Below, in pieces: positions 38,608-53,364 of a stretch of DNA of 64,000 nt (position 1 is its first letter; each line of letters begins with the position of its first letter). The stretch spans positions 1,304,001 through 1,368,000 of the forward strand of contig CM052817.1 in assembly GCA_028534125.1 (NCBI GenBank), written 5' to 3'. The position numbers were made by a program, and so were the translations under genes. The stretch is from Lama glama. Taxonomy: Eukaryota. The notes beneath the pieces are model-generated. The model was not told the origin of the DNA, did no database searches, and saw only the letters and a list, made by a program, of their open reading frames with translations.

Positions 38608-39740
38608 TGACAGTGCCACCTTGCTGGGGCCCTTCCTCGGCCTCTCTGCAGATCTCAGCGAGCAGAGTAGGGGCGGGGTGGGGAGCTGAGGCAACCGTGC
38701 AGCTACTGTGGATTCAGGCCTGCGTCTCCTCCCGGCAGCCCCCAGGGCACCACCCCTGGGCCTCTCACCCCAGCGCTGCCCTCACTGCCTTGCCCTGCCT
38801 CCCACAACAGGCTGGGGCACACGCTGGTTTTCCTGGTGCAGGCCAGGACCCCTGGGCAGAAGGACCAGCAGTGGGGAGAGGCCCGCTGGGGCGGGGTGCA
38901 GCTGCCCCTCCCCGTTGTTTCCCCTTGATGGTGGTGAGGGGCCACCTTGCCTTCCTGGGGACAGACAGGCTGTTTGGGCACAAGCAGACCCCTCAGGTGC
39001 TAGCTGTGTGCGCAAGGCCCAGAGGCCCAGGGAAGACGGAAAGCCTTTGTGTAGGAGAGGGTAGTGGGGTGTCCCTCAGAGCTGCCCCTTCACCAGAGGG
39101 AAGAGGCCTCACCCCTGCCGGGCTGGACTCGCTGCCTGTCCCCAGGGTTGCCACCTGTTGCCTGAGCCTGCAAGGCCCCGTGTCCCAGCCCACCCTGCCA
39201 CCCCATAAGCAGCCCTCCCCGCTCCCTCCATGACCAGGCCCATCACAGACCTGTCCCTTCCCCAGCCCACCCCTCGCGGGACCCCACTCCTCGTTGGCCC
39301 ACAACCATGCCCTTTCTCCCCCAGTGGCGTGGTCCTCGAGCTGGGGCAGGAGCTGCCTCCCCAGGGGAGCCCCATAGGAAGGGACACTGGCCAAGTTGGT
39401 GACGGTGGGCTGTGTCCACTCAGGGTGTGGAGGCATAGTTGGGAGCCTAGACCTTGGGGCAGCCCAGTAGGGCCCTTCCCAAACCCCTGCTCCAAGGCAC
39501 CCCCACCTCAAGACACTGAGACTCTCCTGCTGTCCCGTCCCACCTGTCACCAATGGTGCAGCTCCAGGAATCTTCCTTTGGAATTACCAGCCTCCTCCCC
39601 GCTCCTGCGTTCCTTCCTCTGTGCCATCTGCTCAGGCCCACATTAGCTCCATGTCCCCAGCTGCTGCTCATCCTCAGAGCCCCCAGATCCATGCAGCGGG
39701 GCTCTGCCCTGGCCCTGCCTCCCAGCTCCCCACTCCCTAG

Positions 39741-40277
<537 letters not shown>

Positions 40278-40434
40278 TAGCTGCCCGAGAACCTGCCAGG
40301 TGGACGCCCGAGCTGCACATGCTGAGGTCTGCTCCGCAGGCCTGGAGAGACGCTGTCGGGCTGCAGGACTCAGAGCTTCTGGACTTGGCACTTGGAGCCC
40401 ACTTTTAACCCTGTTGCAACATATTGCTCCCTCC

Positions 40435-40454
40435 GTGTGTGTGTGTGTGTGTGT
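40435..40454. repeat. (GT)10 microsatellite
   Basis: Directly visible. Confidence 0.9.
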
Positions 40455-40601
40455 ACCACACTGTACTCTTCCGTACTCTTTAAGCCTCGAGGGTGACCCC
40501 AGCACGCAGGCTGGTCCCCACCCCGGGGCCCTGCACGTCTGTCCCATCTGCCTGGAGCCTCTCCCTGTGCCTCCCCCTCCCTCTGCCTTGCTGACTTCTC
40601 C

Positions 40602-41060
40602 TGTCAGTCAGGATGCTTTGTGTTACAAGTAACAAACAAAAAGCAGCTCCTTCTGGCTTTGACAGTAGAGAACTGGCTGACTTTCACGGCTGAAGTAGGA
40701 TAGGCTTCAGGCATAGTTTGATGAGGGTGGTAGGTCTGCTTCTCTGTGACTCTCTTCACCCTAGTCCCCTCTGAGGGTCAACTTTACCTTTGGGCTAACT
40801 TCCCTCATTGTAGCAAGACATCCAGGCCTCACACCCACACTCTACACCATCCTGGGCAGGAGAAGACATCTAGGGCCAAAAATTCTGTGAAAGCATGACA
40901 AGAACAACTTAGGTTGCATGTCTGCCCTTGAACTGATCACCATGACTGGGGGTGTGGTGTTCTGACTGGTCCTGGGCTCTACTCTCAGCACCTGTGGTGG
41001 ATTCAGCTTCCCAGAACCAATCTGATTCCCCAGCAGAACTAAGGACAATATGGAGGGTAA
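40602..41060 (-). mobile_element. Old MaLR (MLT1K/L-like) LTR
   Basis: TGTCAGTCAGGATGCTTTGTGTTACAAGTAACAAAC...GGCTTCAGGCATAGTTTGAT...CATGTCTGCCCTTGAACTGATCAC. Confidence 0.55.
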
Positions 41061-41364
41061 GGGGTGGTGCTGGGAAGTCCCAGGTCCCCAGCCCATCCCA
41101 CCACCTGTCAGGTCTCATCATGACCTGTCTTCCCAGAGAGGCCTTTCATGAACCTCTCACCTGTATGAGGTCCCTCGGTTAATTTCATTCTCACTGGCCC
41201 AGATCCTTTTCTTCGTAGCATCGATTAGGTTTCATAGTTGTTCAGTAGTTTGTGGGTCTGTTTATCAGCTGTCTCTTTTACCAGATTTTGTCCATCCTAT
41301 TTGTCCCATGTTCCCAATACCTGCCACAGACCTGGCTCAGAGCAGACCCTTGAAAAACACCTGT

Positions 41365-41545
41365 TGGATGGATGACAAGATGGATGGGTGGGTAGATGGA
41401 TGGATGGATAAATTATGGGTGGGTGGATGGATGGATGGATGAATGGATGATGGATGGATGGATGGATGATGGATGAATGGATGGTGTGTGAGTAGATGGA
41501 TGATCACGTGGATGGATGGATGGGCAGATGGACAGAAGGATGATA
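41365..41545. repeat. Degenerate (GGAT)n tetranucleotide repeat
   Basis: TGGATGGATG runs, following an L2-like 3' end. Confidence 0.9.
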
Positions 41546-43044
41546 AACGGGCCTTGTTCCTGAGCAATCCCACAGTTACTCGGTCTGTACAATCCTCAGC
41601 ATTTCTGACACCAGCTCCTCAGGGCTAAGTGTGTTTATCTCAAGTCATTCTACCAGCTGCATCTCTTTCCCTCACTGCCCCACTTCTTAGCTGCGTGCCT
41701 CCCAGCACGAGCTGTGAGATATTGGCAGACCATCACCTCCCCTGGGGTCCACAGATGGCTGTGCTGGAGCCACGAGCTAGTTCCCCACCCCGCTGCCCTG
41801 CTCCATGCCCAGGGCCCTCTTCCCCTCGTGAGTTGAGGGCTCACTCCAATTCACTCACTCAGCAGTTACATGTGGAATGCCCAGGCCCTCTGCCTTCAGG
41901 GAACATGCATTCCAGGGGGACTCAGAGAAAAAACAGGATAAGTAAAACGTATGGTGTGTTGGTGATAAATGATAAGGAGAAAGAATACCTCTGGGAAAGG
42001 GGATGAGACATGTTGGAGGGGTTGCGTGGAGCTCTGGATGGCATGGCCAGGAAAGCCTCTTGACAGGCACCATGGAGTAAAGAACAGGAAGAGTGAGCAA
42101 GTGAGCCATGGGGAACAAGCAAAGCATGTGCAAAGTCCCTGGGGGCAGTGCCATTCCTCCCCCAAGGGTTCGAGAGCAGCCAGGAAGGGAAGGAGGGGAT
42201 GGGAGGGGAGATGCTGAGGAAGCAGAGAGACAGGACACACTCTGAGGCAGGCTCATAGGGTCCTCTGTCTGCCGTGACAGAGCAGGGAGGTGAAAGGTGG
42301 TTTGTGGAGATGTCTTGAAGCAGGTAGACAGCTTCTGGGGTGGACAGGGCTGTGAGAGACAGGTGCAGAGGAGAGCACTAAGGCAGACCCTGAGGGCTTG
42401 ATGTGGGCCAGAAATGGGCGGCAGGCGGGCTCAGCAAGGCTAGGGCAGGGGAGGGCTTTGGGGAAGATGAGGGTTTCAGGTTGGGACAGGAGTTTCCGAC
42501 GGACTGTTAGACATGCAGGAGAGAGACCCCAGAGTTAGGAGCCTGGAGTTCAGGCGTTTCCAGGCTGGCTCTGCCCCACCCACCTCCAAGAACGCTGCTC
42601 TCTCCAGGCTGCCAAGGGTCCCCCCTTGACTGGACCCCAGGCATGTCTCAGCCCTGCTACAACCCCTCCGCTTCAGGGGCAGCTCAATTTTCTGAGTCCC
42701 TGACACTCCCCCAGCCTCACCCATCCCTCCAGCCACTCCTACTCCATCCCCTGCGCAGCCAGCAGTCCTCTACCTGTCCCTCCAGTGTCTGGTGGGCCTG
42801 GGCTTTTGCTTGGCCACCATCCTTCTGGCTGCTGGCCTGACGTCGTTCCGTCTCCTCCGTGGATGATGCCAGCACCTGGCGGGGCCCAGTCAGAGCTCAG
42901 TGGCTTCCTTTCCAGCCCCGCTTCTCCTGGCACGGGCACCACCCCCCCTCCACCACGTCCAGCGGGCCGCCAGCCCCTCACTTCTACCCACCCCTCCAAA
43001 TTGCAGCCGCCCACCTTGAGCTCTTCCTCCCGCTACCCCACCAG

Positions 43045-43125
43045 GTCCCCAGGAGCACCTACCAGCCGCCCAAGGAGCAGCATTTACTGGAGATGACCAA
43101 GAGATACAACCGCTGGAAAGCGGAG
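43045..43125 (+). CDS. CFAP99: CFAP99 coding exon 6 (VPRSTYQPPKEQHLLEMTKRYNRWKAE)
   Basis: Acceptor CTACCCCACCAG|, donor GAG|GTGGCT; 81 nt, phase 0. Confidence 0.87.
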
Positions 43126-43276
43126 GTGGCTTCCAAGAGACCCGGTGGGGGTTGGGGGTGGTGGAGGTACGGAGTGAGGAGGAAGAGTGGAGGGGGAGCT
43201 GGTCTGTGCCTTTGCAGCCCAGGGACCCCTCAGCAGCATGGCCGGTGGGGCTGGAGTGACTTGTTGCTTCGTGCAG

Positions 43277-43351
43277 GAGCTGCTGCTGAGGGCCAACATC
43301 GAGGAGAGGCGGTGTGCCATGTCTAGGGCCCGGGGGGCGCCCCCGCTGCAG
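43277..43351 (+). CDS. CFAP99: CFAP99 coding exon 7 (ELLLRANIEERRCAMSRARGAPPLQ)
   Basis: Acceptor TTGCTTCGTGCAG|, donor CAG|GTGAGG; 75 nt, phase 0. Confidence 0.85.
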
Positions 43352-44230
43352 GTGAGGCCCAGCCCTCCACGCCCGGGCTGGTCTCCATGGTGGCATTTCC
43401 TCATGTGGTAGCCGAGCTCCTCCCTGCGCCGGGTCAGGCCGCGGAGGGTCGGGTCCCAGTGCCACCAGGACGGTGCTTGGGGCCAGGCTGAATGCTGCCC
43501 GGGCAGGCAGGCAATCTCCCTCTTTGGGTGTTTCCAGGTTTTTCCATACTAAGCATTTAGTATTTCTATAAGAAAAACCCCAAGCTGTGTTTGTCAATCA
43601 AGAAAGTCAGGGAGCAGGACAAAGAGCCCTTCTGGGTGGATGTGGGGCGGGTGCACACTCGGGAGTGGCTAGCCCGGCCCCGGCCTCCCCACCTGGGCCC
43701 TACCGGCTGCAGCGGACGGGCAGGCCAGGGGAGTGGGCACCTGGCTCAGTAAGAGCATGCCCTGGGAGTGATGGCTGAGTTCCTGGGGGGGCCTTTTACC
43801 AGCTGCTCCCTGCACCGTGGCCGTGGTGCCCACCCTGGGGGTGTCAACAGAGCAGCTGCAGGGAGCAGGGAGCAGACAGACTTGGGGAGCAGCCCAGGAG
43901 AGGTCAGGGGACTGGCCCTAGGGCAGTGGAGGAGATGGTCCCTGGGCCCTGAGGCTCCAGCCCCTCGCTGGGCACTGCTGTCCCTGGCCGGGCAGGCCCT
44001 GCACCTTCCCTGCCCCTACCTGGGTGGCTGGAGGGCCTTGGAGGACAGAGGTGCTGCCTTGCGGACCCAGTGCAGGGGGCAGGCCAGGCTGGAACACACG
44101 GATGGGCAGCTGGAGTTAGGACAGAGCGGGATGGGACAGGCCTCCCAGGGATTCAGGGCCCCACACCGTTCACCCAGGGTGCATCTGGGGACACTTTGCG
44201 GGCACAGGTGCCAGGTCCGTACTCTCGCAG

Positions 44231-44302
44231 GACTCCAGGAAGAAGCTGCGGCACCGATTCCTGCCCCAAATCCTCAAGACTCCAAAACTGACTTTCTACA
44301 GG
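44231..44302 (+). CDS. CFAP99: CFAP99 coding exon 8 (DSRKKLRHRFLPQILKTPKLTFYR)
   Basis: Acceptor TACTCTCGCAG|, donor AGG|GTGAGG; 72 nt, phase 0, open frame. This frame is not listed in the ORF track. Confidence 0.75.
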
Positions 44303-44418
44303 GTGAGGGGTGCCCCTGAGCAGTTGGGGTGGGTTCGGGGTGATGGTTCCAGGCATCTCTCCCTGGAGGACTCAGGTGGCCAGAGTTGAAGGCCCCGAGG
44401 ACAGCCCTCTGACCCCCG

Positions 44419-44458
44419 GGGCAGAGGGCAGAGGGCAGAGGGCAGAGGGCAGGGGGCA
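44419..44458. repeat. (GGGCAGA)n heptamer repeat, ~5.5 units, G-quadruplex-compatible
   Basis: GGGCAGA x4, then GGGCAGG and GGGCA, inside a 214-nt intron. Confidence 0.9.
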
Positions 44459-44516
44459 TTTCTGCTCTCAGGCTCCCTTACCTCCCATCACAGATGGCCC
44501 CCACTGTCTCCTGCAG

Positions 44517-44608
44517 TCTAACGACAGTGCTCCGGTCAAGCTGAACACTGCTGCCATCCTGCGAGAAGGGGCCTTGTTCCAGCGGCAGGTGGAGAAGGAG
44601 CTGCAGAG
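44517..44608 (+). CDS. CFAP99: CFAP99 coding exon 9 (SNDSAPVKLNTAAILREGALFQRQVEKELQ)
   Basis: Acceptor TGTCTCCTGCAG|, donor GAG|GTGGGG; 92 nt, phase 0 to 2. Confidence 0.9.
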
Positions 44609-44924
44609 GTGGGGGCGGCAGCTCCTCGGCACCCCCCTACCCCAGGGCTGCGATCCTGCAGGGGCTGGAGTGGGGCTCAAGCAGGCCAGTATCAGGGCTA
44701 CAGCTGCTACGGGCTACAGCTGGGAAGATCATCTCCACTCCCTGAGGGAGATGGACGGGGCGGGGGGGAGGCTGAGCACAGAAACCTGGCCCACCCCAAA
44801 CTCCCTGAGGGGTCACCTTCTCCTCGGACCCCTTTCTGATGCCCCCTCCCCTAGACCATCAGGGCTGCAGACCCTTGTGAATACCCCATGAGTTGGGCTG
44901 TGGGTGGGAAGGTGGGTGGCTGAC

Positions 44925-45115
44925 CACATGGATGAAAGGATGGACAGATGGACAGAGGGATGATGGACAGACAGACAGGTGGACAGAAGGTGGGGCAGGG
45001 GATGGTGCATAGACAGACAGGTGAGTAGACAGACAAGTGGAGGAAGGGAGGCAGGGCAGATATGGCTGAAGGGTGGGCGCACAGGATGGGGACGGGTGGA
45101 CAGTGGGCGGGTGGA
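44925..45115. repeat. Degenerate GGAT/GACA low-complexity repeat
   Basis: GGATGGACAGATGGACAGAGGGATGATGGACAGACAGACAGGTGGACAG. Confidence 0.7.
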
Positions 45116-45139
45116 TCACGGTGTGGCTGGTGTCAGTAA

Positions 45140-45547
<408 letters not shown>

Positions 45548-45821
45548 TAGAAAAATGAACCCGTGTTCCCTTCTAGGATCTGTGTGGTCTCACTTTGACA
45601 TCTGGTTCTCTAATCCACCTGAAGTTCATTCTTGCACGTGATGTGCGATCTGGGTCCTCTTCTGTCTTTTCCAAGTGGCCATCCAGTGAGTCTTCCAGCC
45701 TTTCAATGCTGTATTTCTCTCCATTTCTTTAAATCTTTTATTTTTTTTCATCTGTGTTGTACAGCTTTCTGTATGTACATACTGTACAAGTTTTGTTAGG
45801 TTTGCATCTAAGTATTTCTTC

Positions 45822-46665
45822 TATTATTTTTTAAAATTGAAGTATAGTTGATTTACAGTGTTGTGTTAGTTTCTGGTGTGCAGCACAGTGATTCAGTCAC
45901 ACATATGTATATATTCCTTTTCATCTTTTTTCATTGTTGGTTATGACAAGCCATTAAATGTAATTCCCTGTGCTCTACAGTAGGACCTTGCTGTTTATTT
46001 CATACACAGTGACGGGTATCTGCCAGTCCCAAAGTCCTCATTCATCCCTCCCTGCCTCCTTCCCCTTTGGTAACCAAGGTTTGTTTTCTACGTCTGTGAG
46101 TCTGTTTTGGTTTTGTAAGTAAGTTCATTTGTGTTGGTTTTTTTAGATATCGTATGTTTGTCTTTCTCTGACTGACTTCACTTGGTATGAGCATCTCTAG
46201 GTCCATCCATGTTGCTGCGGAAGGCTTATTTCATTCTTTTCATGGCTGAGTAGTGTTCCTTCACATACAGATCACAACTCTTTATCCAGCCATCTGTTGA
46301 TGGATGCTTAGGCTGCTTCCATGTCTTGGCTACTGTAAATAGTGCTGCTGTGAACACCGAGGTGTGTATGTTTTTCCGTCGGCGTTTTCTCCAGATTAAT
46401 GCCCGGGGTGGGATTGCTGGGTCCGATGGCAAGTCTATTCCTAGTCTTTCGAGGCATCTCCACACTGGTTTCCACAGTGGCTGCACCAACGCACATTCCC
46501 GCCAGCAGTGCAGGAGGATTCCTTTTCCTCCACAGCCTCTGCAGCATTTGCCATTTGTGGACTTTTGAATGGTGGCCGCTCTGACCGGTGTGAGGTCGTC
46601 TGCCTCAGTGTGGTTTTGATTTGCATCTCTGACAATGAGCACTGCTGAGGTCTGTTTACGTGCCC
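45822..46665 (-). mobile_element. L1 3' portion (ORF2 C-terminus + 3' UTR) nested in an older L1
   Basis: The minus-strand translation [54 protein letters not shown] matches the L1 ORF2p Cys-rich C-terminus. The 3' end reads TTGAAGTATAGTTGATTTACAGTGTTGTGTTAGTTTCTGGTGTGCAGC on the plus strand. Confidence 0.92.
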
Positions 46666-47317
46666 GTTCTGTCACCGTGTCTGAGTGTTGTGAATGGCAT
46701 CTCGCGCATTGTTAACATTGGTGTCCGCGTGTTCAGCGCTAGTACATAAAAACGCAGTTGGTTTCTGTGTGTTGCTCTTGTGCCCTGTGACCTTGCTGAC
46801 CCCTTTGTTAACTTTTTGGACAAACAAAGAATTTGGTTGTGGATTCCTTGGAATTTTCTGTGTACAGAGTTATGTTACCTGTAGATAAGAACAATTTTAT
46901 TTCTTCCTTTCTAACCTGCAAAAACAACACTGTTTGGTGTGTTCATGTGAATTTTGAAGGTGTCCCTGTGCTGGTGTCTGATGGCCCTTGCTGGGGACAG
47001 GGTCAGCCAGGCGGTGGTAGTTGTGGGAGGGGTGGAGAGAGCTGCGGGGACCCCCCAGAGCCGGGCTCCCAGCCGTCTCGGCGCTGTCTGCGCCACGCTG
47101 ATGAGCGGGACCCCGGGACGCAGTTCAGCCCGCCTTGCCTCCAAGTCCAGTCACCTTTTCTTGCGTGTCATTTATCAGCTTGAGACCAGACCCCTCCGGG
47201 TTTGGGTAGCCTGCTTTATTTCACTTCGTATTTCCACAGAAGCATTTCTCCAACTTATTAAAAAGTTTTCAAAAGTACTTTTCAAAATAAACTTTTTATT
47301 TTGGACCGTTTTTAACA

Positions 47318-47638
47318 GGTCTGAGGTCAAGGTGTCAGGTGGGCCAGGCTTGCTCTAAGCCTCCTCCAGCCTCTGATGACCCCAGGAATTCCTTGTGGTG
47401 GCCTCACCCCAGTCTCTGACTCCCTCCTCTCACGGCCACCTTCTCTGTGTCCCTCTGTGCCCTCCCCTCTTCTTATGCTGATACTTGTCATTGGATTTAG
47501 GGCCAACCCTAAATCCAGGAAGATTCCGTCTCAAGATCCTGAATGAATTACTTATTGAATCCTAAACTAGCTGGAAATAAAACCACTTTCTGAGATTCCA
47601 AGTGGACACAAATTTGGGGGGGCACTAAGCCACTACAC
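47318..47638 (-). mobile_element. MaLR (MLT1B/C-like) LTR
   Basis: GTCTGAGGTCAAGGTGTCAG...GTCATTGGATTTAGGGCCAACCCTAAATCCAGGAAGATT..TCAAGATCCTGAATGAATTAC. Confidence 0.75.
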
Positions 47639-47639
47639 C

Positions 47640-48445
47640 ATGGTATATTTGTCACAACTATGAAACCAACATTGGTACACGATGCTTAACTAAACTCCAC
47701 ACTCTATTCAGATTTCATCCTTTTTTTTCTGATTTATGTCCTTTTCTGTCCAGGATACCATCCAGGACACCACATCACATTAAGTTGTCATGTCTCGCAC
47801 TCCCTCTGGCCGTGACATCTTCTCAGACTTCCCGTGTTCCTGATGACATTGGCAGCTTGGAGGCGTGCTGGTCAGGTGTCCTGTGGGACGTCCGTCTGTT
47901 GGGATGTGGGATGTTCTGCTCACGAGTAGTCCGGGCATGGGAGGAAGACCACGGAGGCCACGTGCCTTCTCATCACACGTGCCTGCTGTTACCGCCACGA
48001 TGTTGAGCTCGGCCGCTCGGCTTCAGGCCCTGGTGTCTCCCCCTTTGCACGTTGCACTCTTTGCAAGGGGACCCTGAGCGGGGTTCACACGCGAGGGAGT
48101 GGGCGGTTATGTGGAGTTTCTCAGCACAGAAGACCTGTCTCTTGTCCCCCGCTCGTTCACGTCTGCCGTCACTTACTTATGTCGGTGTGGGCTCATGTGT
48201 ATTCACCGCACACTTTGTGTTGTGGTCCAACACGACACGATTTATTTTGCTGCCAGCTTTGGCTATTGGGAGCCCTTTCAGGTCGACTGCCCGTGTCCCT
48301 TGGACACGCCCCCTATTCTTTTGTTTCCTGAGTGCTTCCTTACTTTACGCTGTAGACGCTCCAGGCATGTCCTGTATCTTCTATGCTCTGGCCCTAAAAG
48401 AGCCATTTCTCCAAAAGCCCTGGTTCCTTTTCTTAGAATCTGGAA
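47640..48445 (-). mobile_element. L1MC-like 3' UTR fragment
   Basis: ATTTGTCACAACTATGAAACCAACATTGGTAC...CAGGATACCATCCAGGACACCACATCACATT...CAGCTTTGGCTATTGGGAGCCCTTTCAGG. Confidence 0.7.
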
Positions 48446-48529
48446 TTAACTTGCACAGAAAGGGATGACCAAGAGCCATTTTCATACGTGCCAGCAAATT
48501 GCTTTATTTTTTTGGTGGGGTGAGGTTTA

Positions 48530-49200
48530 AACTTCTTTTTTCTACATTGCTCAAACACACGTAACAAAATTTGCCATATTAACCATTTGTAAGTGCACAG
48601 TTCAGTGTAGAGTTAAGTACATTCCCAGTGTTGTATGAACATCCTTTTCCAGACAGAACTCTTCAGCTTGCGAAACTGAGCCTCTGTGTGCGTCAGTCAC
48701 TCCCCGTTTCGCCCTTCCCCCTGCCCCGGCAACCACCATTCTACTTTTTGTCTCTTTGAATGTGACTACTCTAGTTACTTCATAAAAGTGTAATCATACA
48801 GTATCTGTCTTTTTGCGACTGGCTTGTTTCACTTAGCATAATGTCCATGAGGTTCATCCATGTTGTAGCAGGTGTCAGAATTTCCTTCCTTTTTAAGGCT
48901 GAGTAATATGTCCCATCGAGTGCATAGACCACACTTGGTTTGTCTGTTCATCTGTGGATGGACGCTTGGGTTGCTTCTACTTTTCATCTACTGTGAATAC
49001 TTCTGCTATAAACATGGTGTACAAATAACTGTTAGAGCTCCTGCTTTCAATCCTATTGGTTATGTAGCCAAAAATGGAATTGCTGGACCTTATGAAAATT
49101 CTATTTTTAATTTTCTAAGGAACTGCCATACTGTTTTTCACAGTGGCTGTACCATTTGACAGTCTCACCAACACTGCACAAGGGTTTTAATTGCTCCATG
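48530..49200 (-). mobile_element. L1 (L1MA/MB-like) 3' fragment
   Basis: TGACTACTCTAGTTACTTCATAAAAGTGTAATCATACAGTATCTGTCTTTTTGCGACTGGCTTGTTTCACTTAGCATAATGTCC...AGGAACTGCCATACTGTTTTTCACAGTGGCTGTACCATTT. Confidence 0.88.
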
Positions 49201-49444
49201 AATGTTTAATATTTTTAATGTATGTGTGTGAAATAAATTCAGGTCAGGCTAATTGATCTAAAACTGCTTTTGTTTATACATGGTAGGCATTCAAAAATTT
49301 TTTGGAATCAGTTCAACAATCAGTAAATATTTATTGAATGAAATTCAACATATATTTGTTGAATTCTTATTATGCACAAGGCCATATATTAGTTATTATA
49401 AGGGACACAAAGGTTATTAACAGTCTCTGTGCTTAAGGAATTTA

Positions 49445-49545
49445 CAGCTGTCCCTTAGTATCTGAGGGGAATTGGTTGCAAGACCCTCAAAGATACCAAA
49501 ATCTGAGGATGCTCAAGTCCCTTACATAAAATGGCATAGTATAGC
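49445..49545 (+). mobile_element. MER2/Tigger2-like DNA transposon 5' fragment
   Basis: TA|CAGCTGTCCCTTAGTATCTGAGGGGAATTGGTTGCAAGACCC...GATACCAAAATCTGAGGATGCTCAAGTCCCTTACATAAAATGGCATAGTAT, preceded by a TA target site. Confidence 0.8.
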
Positions 49546-50497
49546 AAATTGCTTTATGAAAGGATCCTTCCTGCCCAGTGTCTCTAAACCTGGAGCTCAC
49601 GCCGCCACAGGTGAACCCTCCACGTACTCTGCAGTAGAAGATGAGCCCCCAGCTGCCAAGACCTCCAGGAGCGAGGAGTCCAGGGATCCCTGGCAGCTCT
49701 GGGCAGTGACAGGAGCTATACACCCTGCCCTGTCCTTTGTAGTATCTTGGAGACTGAAAATAATCTTCTGAACTGTTCACAGCAGTGCCAAACCGGAAAC
49801 AATCTGAGTGTCTGTCAATAGTAGAATGGGTCAAAGAGTTGTGATGTATCCCCAAAACAGCTGTGAGAATAAGCCAGCTGCAATCCCAGGGAACACGTGG
49901 GTGAGGCTAGTCTGCAATGCTGAGCAGAAGAGGGGACAGGGCAGGGGCACGCGGGGCAATTCCCATGTGCCGGTCAAGGTGGCAGCACTCCACAGTGTGG
50001 GTTAGGGCTGCACGCTTCTGAGGCTCCGGGAGAAAGAAGAGTGTGCAACGACTGTCAGGGCGTGCCCGGCCACACAGTGGGCAGGCTCCTTGGAGCTGGC
50101 ATGTCCTGTGCACAGGCCTGGGCAGGATCTGAGCATCCAGCACCACATGGCTTCATACTGAGCGCCCTCCTCTCTTCACTGGAGTCAGTGGTGGGTGGGC
50201 TTCAGGGCAAACCCAGCAACTCTGACGTGGTTCCCCCAGGACTCTCTTGGCTACTCCCCTTAGCTTCGTGATCAGCTCTGGGGAAGTGTCTGCGTGGTGC
50301 TGGGCTCACACCCCTGGGACAACAGCGGAGGGAGGAGGACCTGAGGCGGAACTTCCCCAACAGGCCTGACCTCCAGAGGCTGATGAGCTTAGACTCAGAT
50401 AGCAGGGTGACTCGGGGTCAGGGGCTGGGTCTGCCCTCCAGACCTCATGCTGCTCATGGGGCCAGGGCAGGTCCCAGGGCACAGGCCATGGCTCTGA

Positions 50498-50725
<228 letters not shown>

Positions 50726-50728
50726 TGA

Positions 50729-51166
<438 letters not shown>

Positions 51167-51181
51167 TGAGGGAGCTCCTGG

Positions 51182-51794
51182 TGATACAGGATAAATGGGG
51201 CGCGAGAGGACGGCCATGTTCCGGGTCCCAGGCGAGTCCCTGGGCCGCGCCCCATCGAGTGAGGGTCCTTGGTTTCACACAGGAAAGAATTCAAGAGCGA
51301 GCCATAGTCGAGTGAGGGTAGATTCATTCAGAGACATACCCACTCCACAGACAGAGAGCAGGCTATTTCAGAAGGCCAGAGAAAGGCCTGGGAGATACAC
51401 ACTCCATAGGCAGAACGTGGGGCCTTCTTACTCAGAAGGGAGAGCGGCGGCCTCAGAGCTTGGGGCCAGCTGGGGAGAATGAGAGCGGCCGCGAGGTGTG
51501 AGGGTTGCTGCTTCACATGGGCTCCATAACTTCATGTGCTAACAAACGGGAGGATTATTTCAACTACTTTGGGGAAGGGGCTGGGGTTCCCAGGAACTGG
51601 GCCATCACCCACTTTTGGACCTTTTATGGTCAGTTTTGAAACTGTCCTGGTGCCTGTGGGAGTGCCATTTAGGATAATGAAGTTCAGTGTAATGAAGTTC
51701 AAGGTCTGTGGGAGTTGAATCTCCCACCATCTTGGTGCTAACTGCTGTGTCATTCTTTGAATGGTTGTGCCCTTCCACCTTCCCTGCTGTCTCA
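51182..51794 (-). mobile_element. ERV1-type (LTR8/MER4-group-like) solo LTR
   Basis: TG...CA termini (TGATACAGGA...TGTCTCA). GAGGGTCCTTGGTTTCACACAGGAAAGAATTCAAGAGCGAGCCA resembles reversed LTR8-type ends. It is colinear with 61728-62402. Confidence 0.8.
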
Positions 51795-52173
51795 ACGGGA
51801 CTCACTAGGCCCTGAGTGGATAGGGCGGTGTAGGGAGAAGACACATGCATGGAGGCCCGGGGCTGGACCAGCAGGAGGCTGAGAGAAGGGCAGCTGTGCC
51901 TGGAAGCCTGTGTGAGAATCACCAGGAGAGGCCAGGCTGGCACCTGGTGAGGTGGGAGCAGGCCTGGTCCCAGTGGGTGTCCAATGTCCAAAGGGCTCTC
52001 TACCCAGGCCCCCAGGTCCTGGCTGGGGAGACACTGGTGAGCTCCACTTGGGCCCTGCCACAGTGGAGGGGCCTGCAGGGCACCCAGCTGAGATGTCCAG
52101 CCCCCCACAAGTCTAGGGCTGCGGCCAATGCTGGAGAAGCTGGCTGGTGGACATGTTACCCAGGGACCACTGA

Positions 52174-52599
<426 letters not shown>

Positions 52600-52602
52600 T
52601 AG

Positions 52603-53364
<762 letters not shown>

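Noticed and set aside
41365..41545. CRISPR-like or coding periodic repeat (HPSI-repeat ORF)
   Set aside because: It is a simple (GGAT)n microsatellite with no unique spacers, in a eukaryotic context.
46226..46675. 149-aa ORF with Cys-rich motif
   Set aside because: It is a decayed L1 ORF2p C-terminus, not a host gene.
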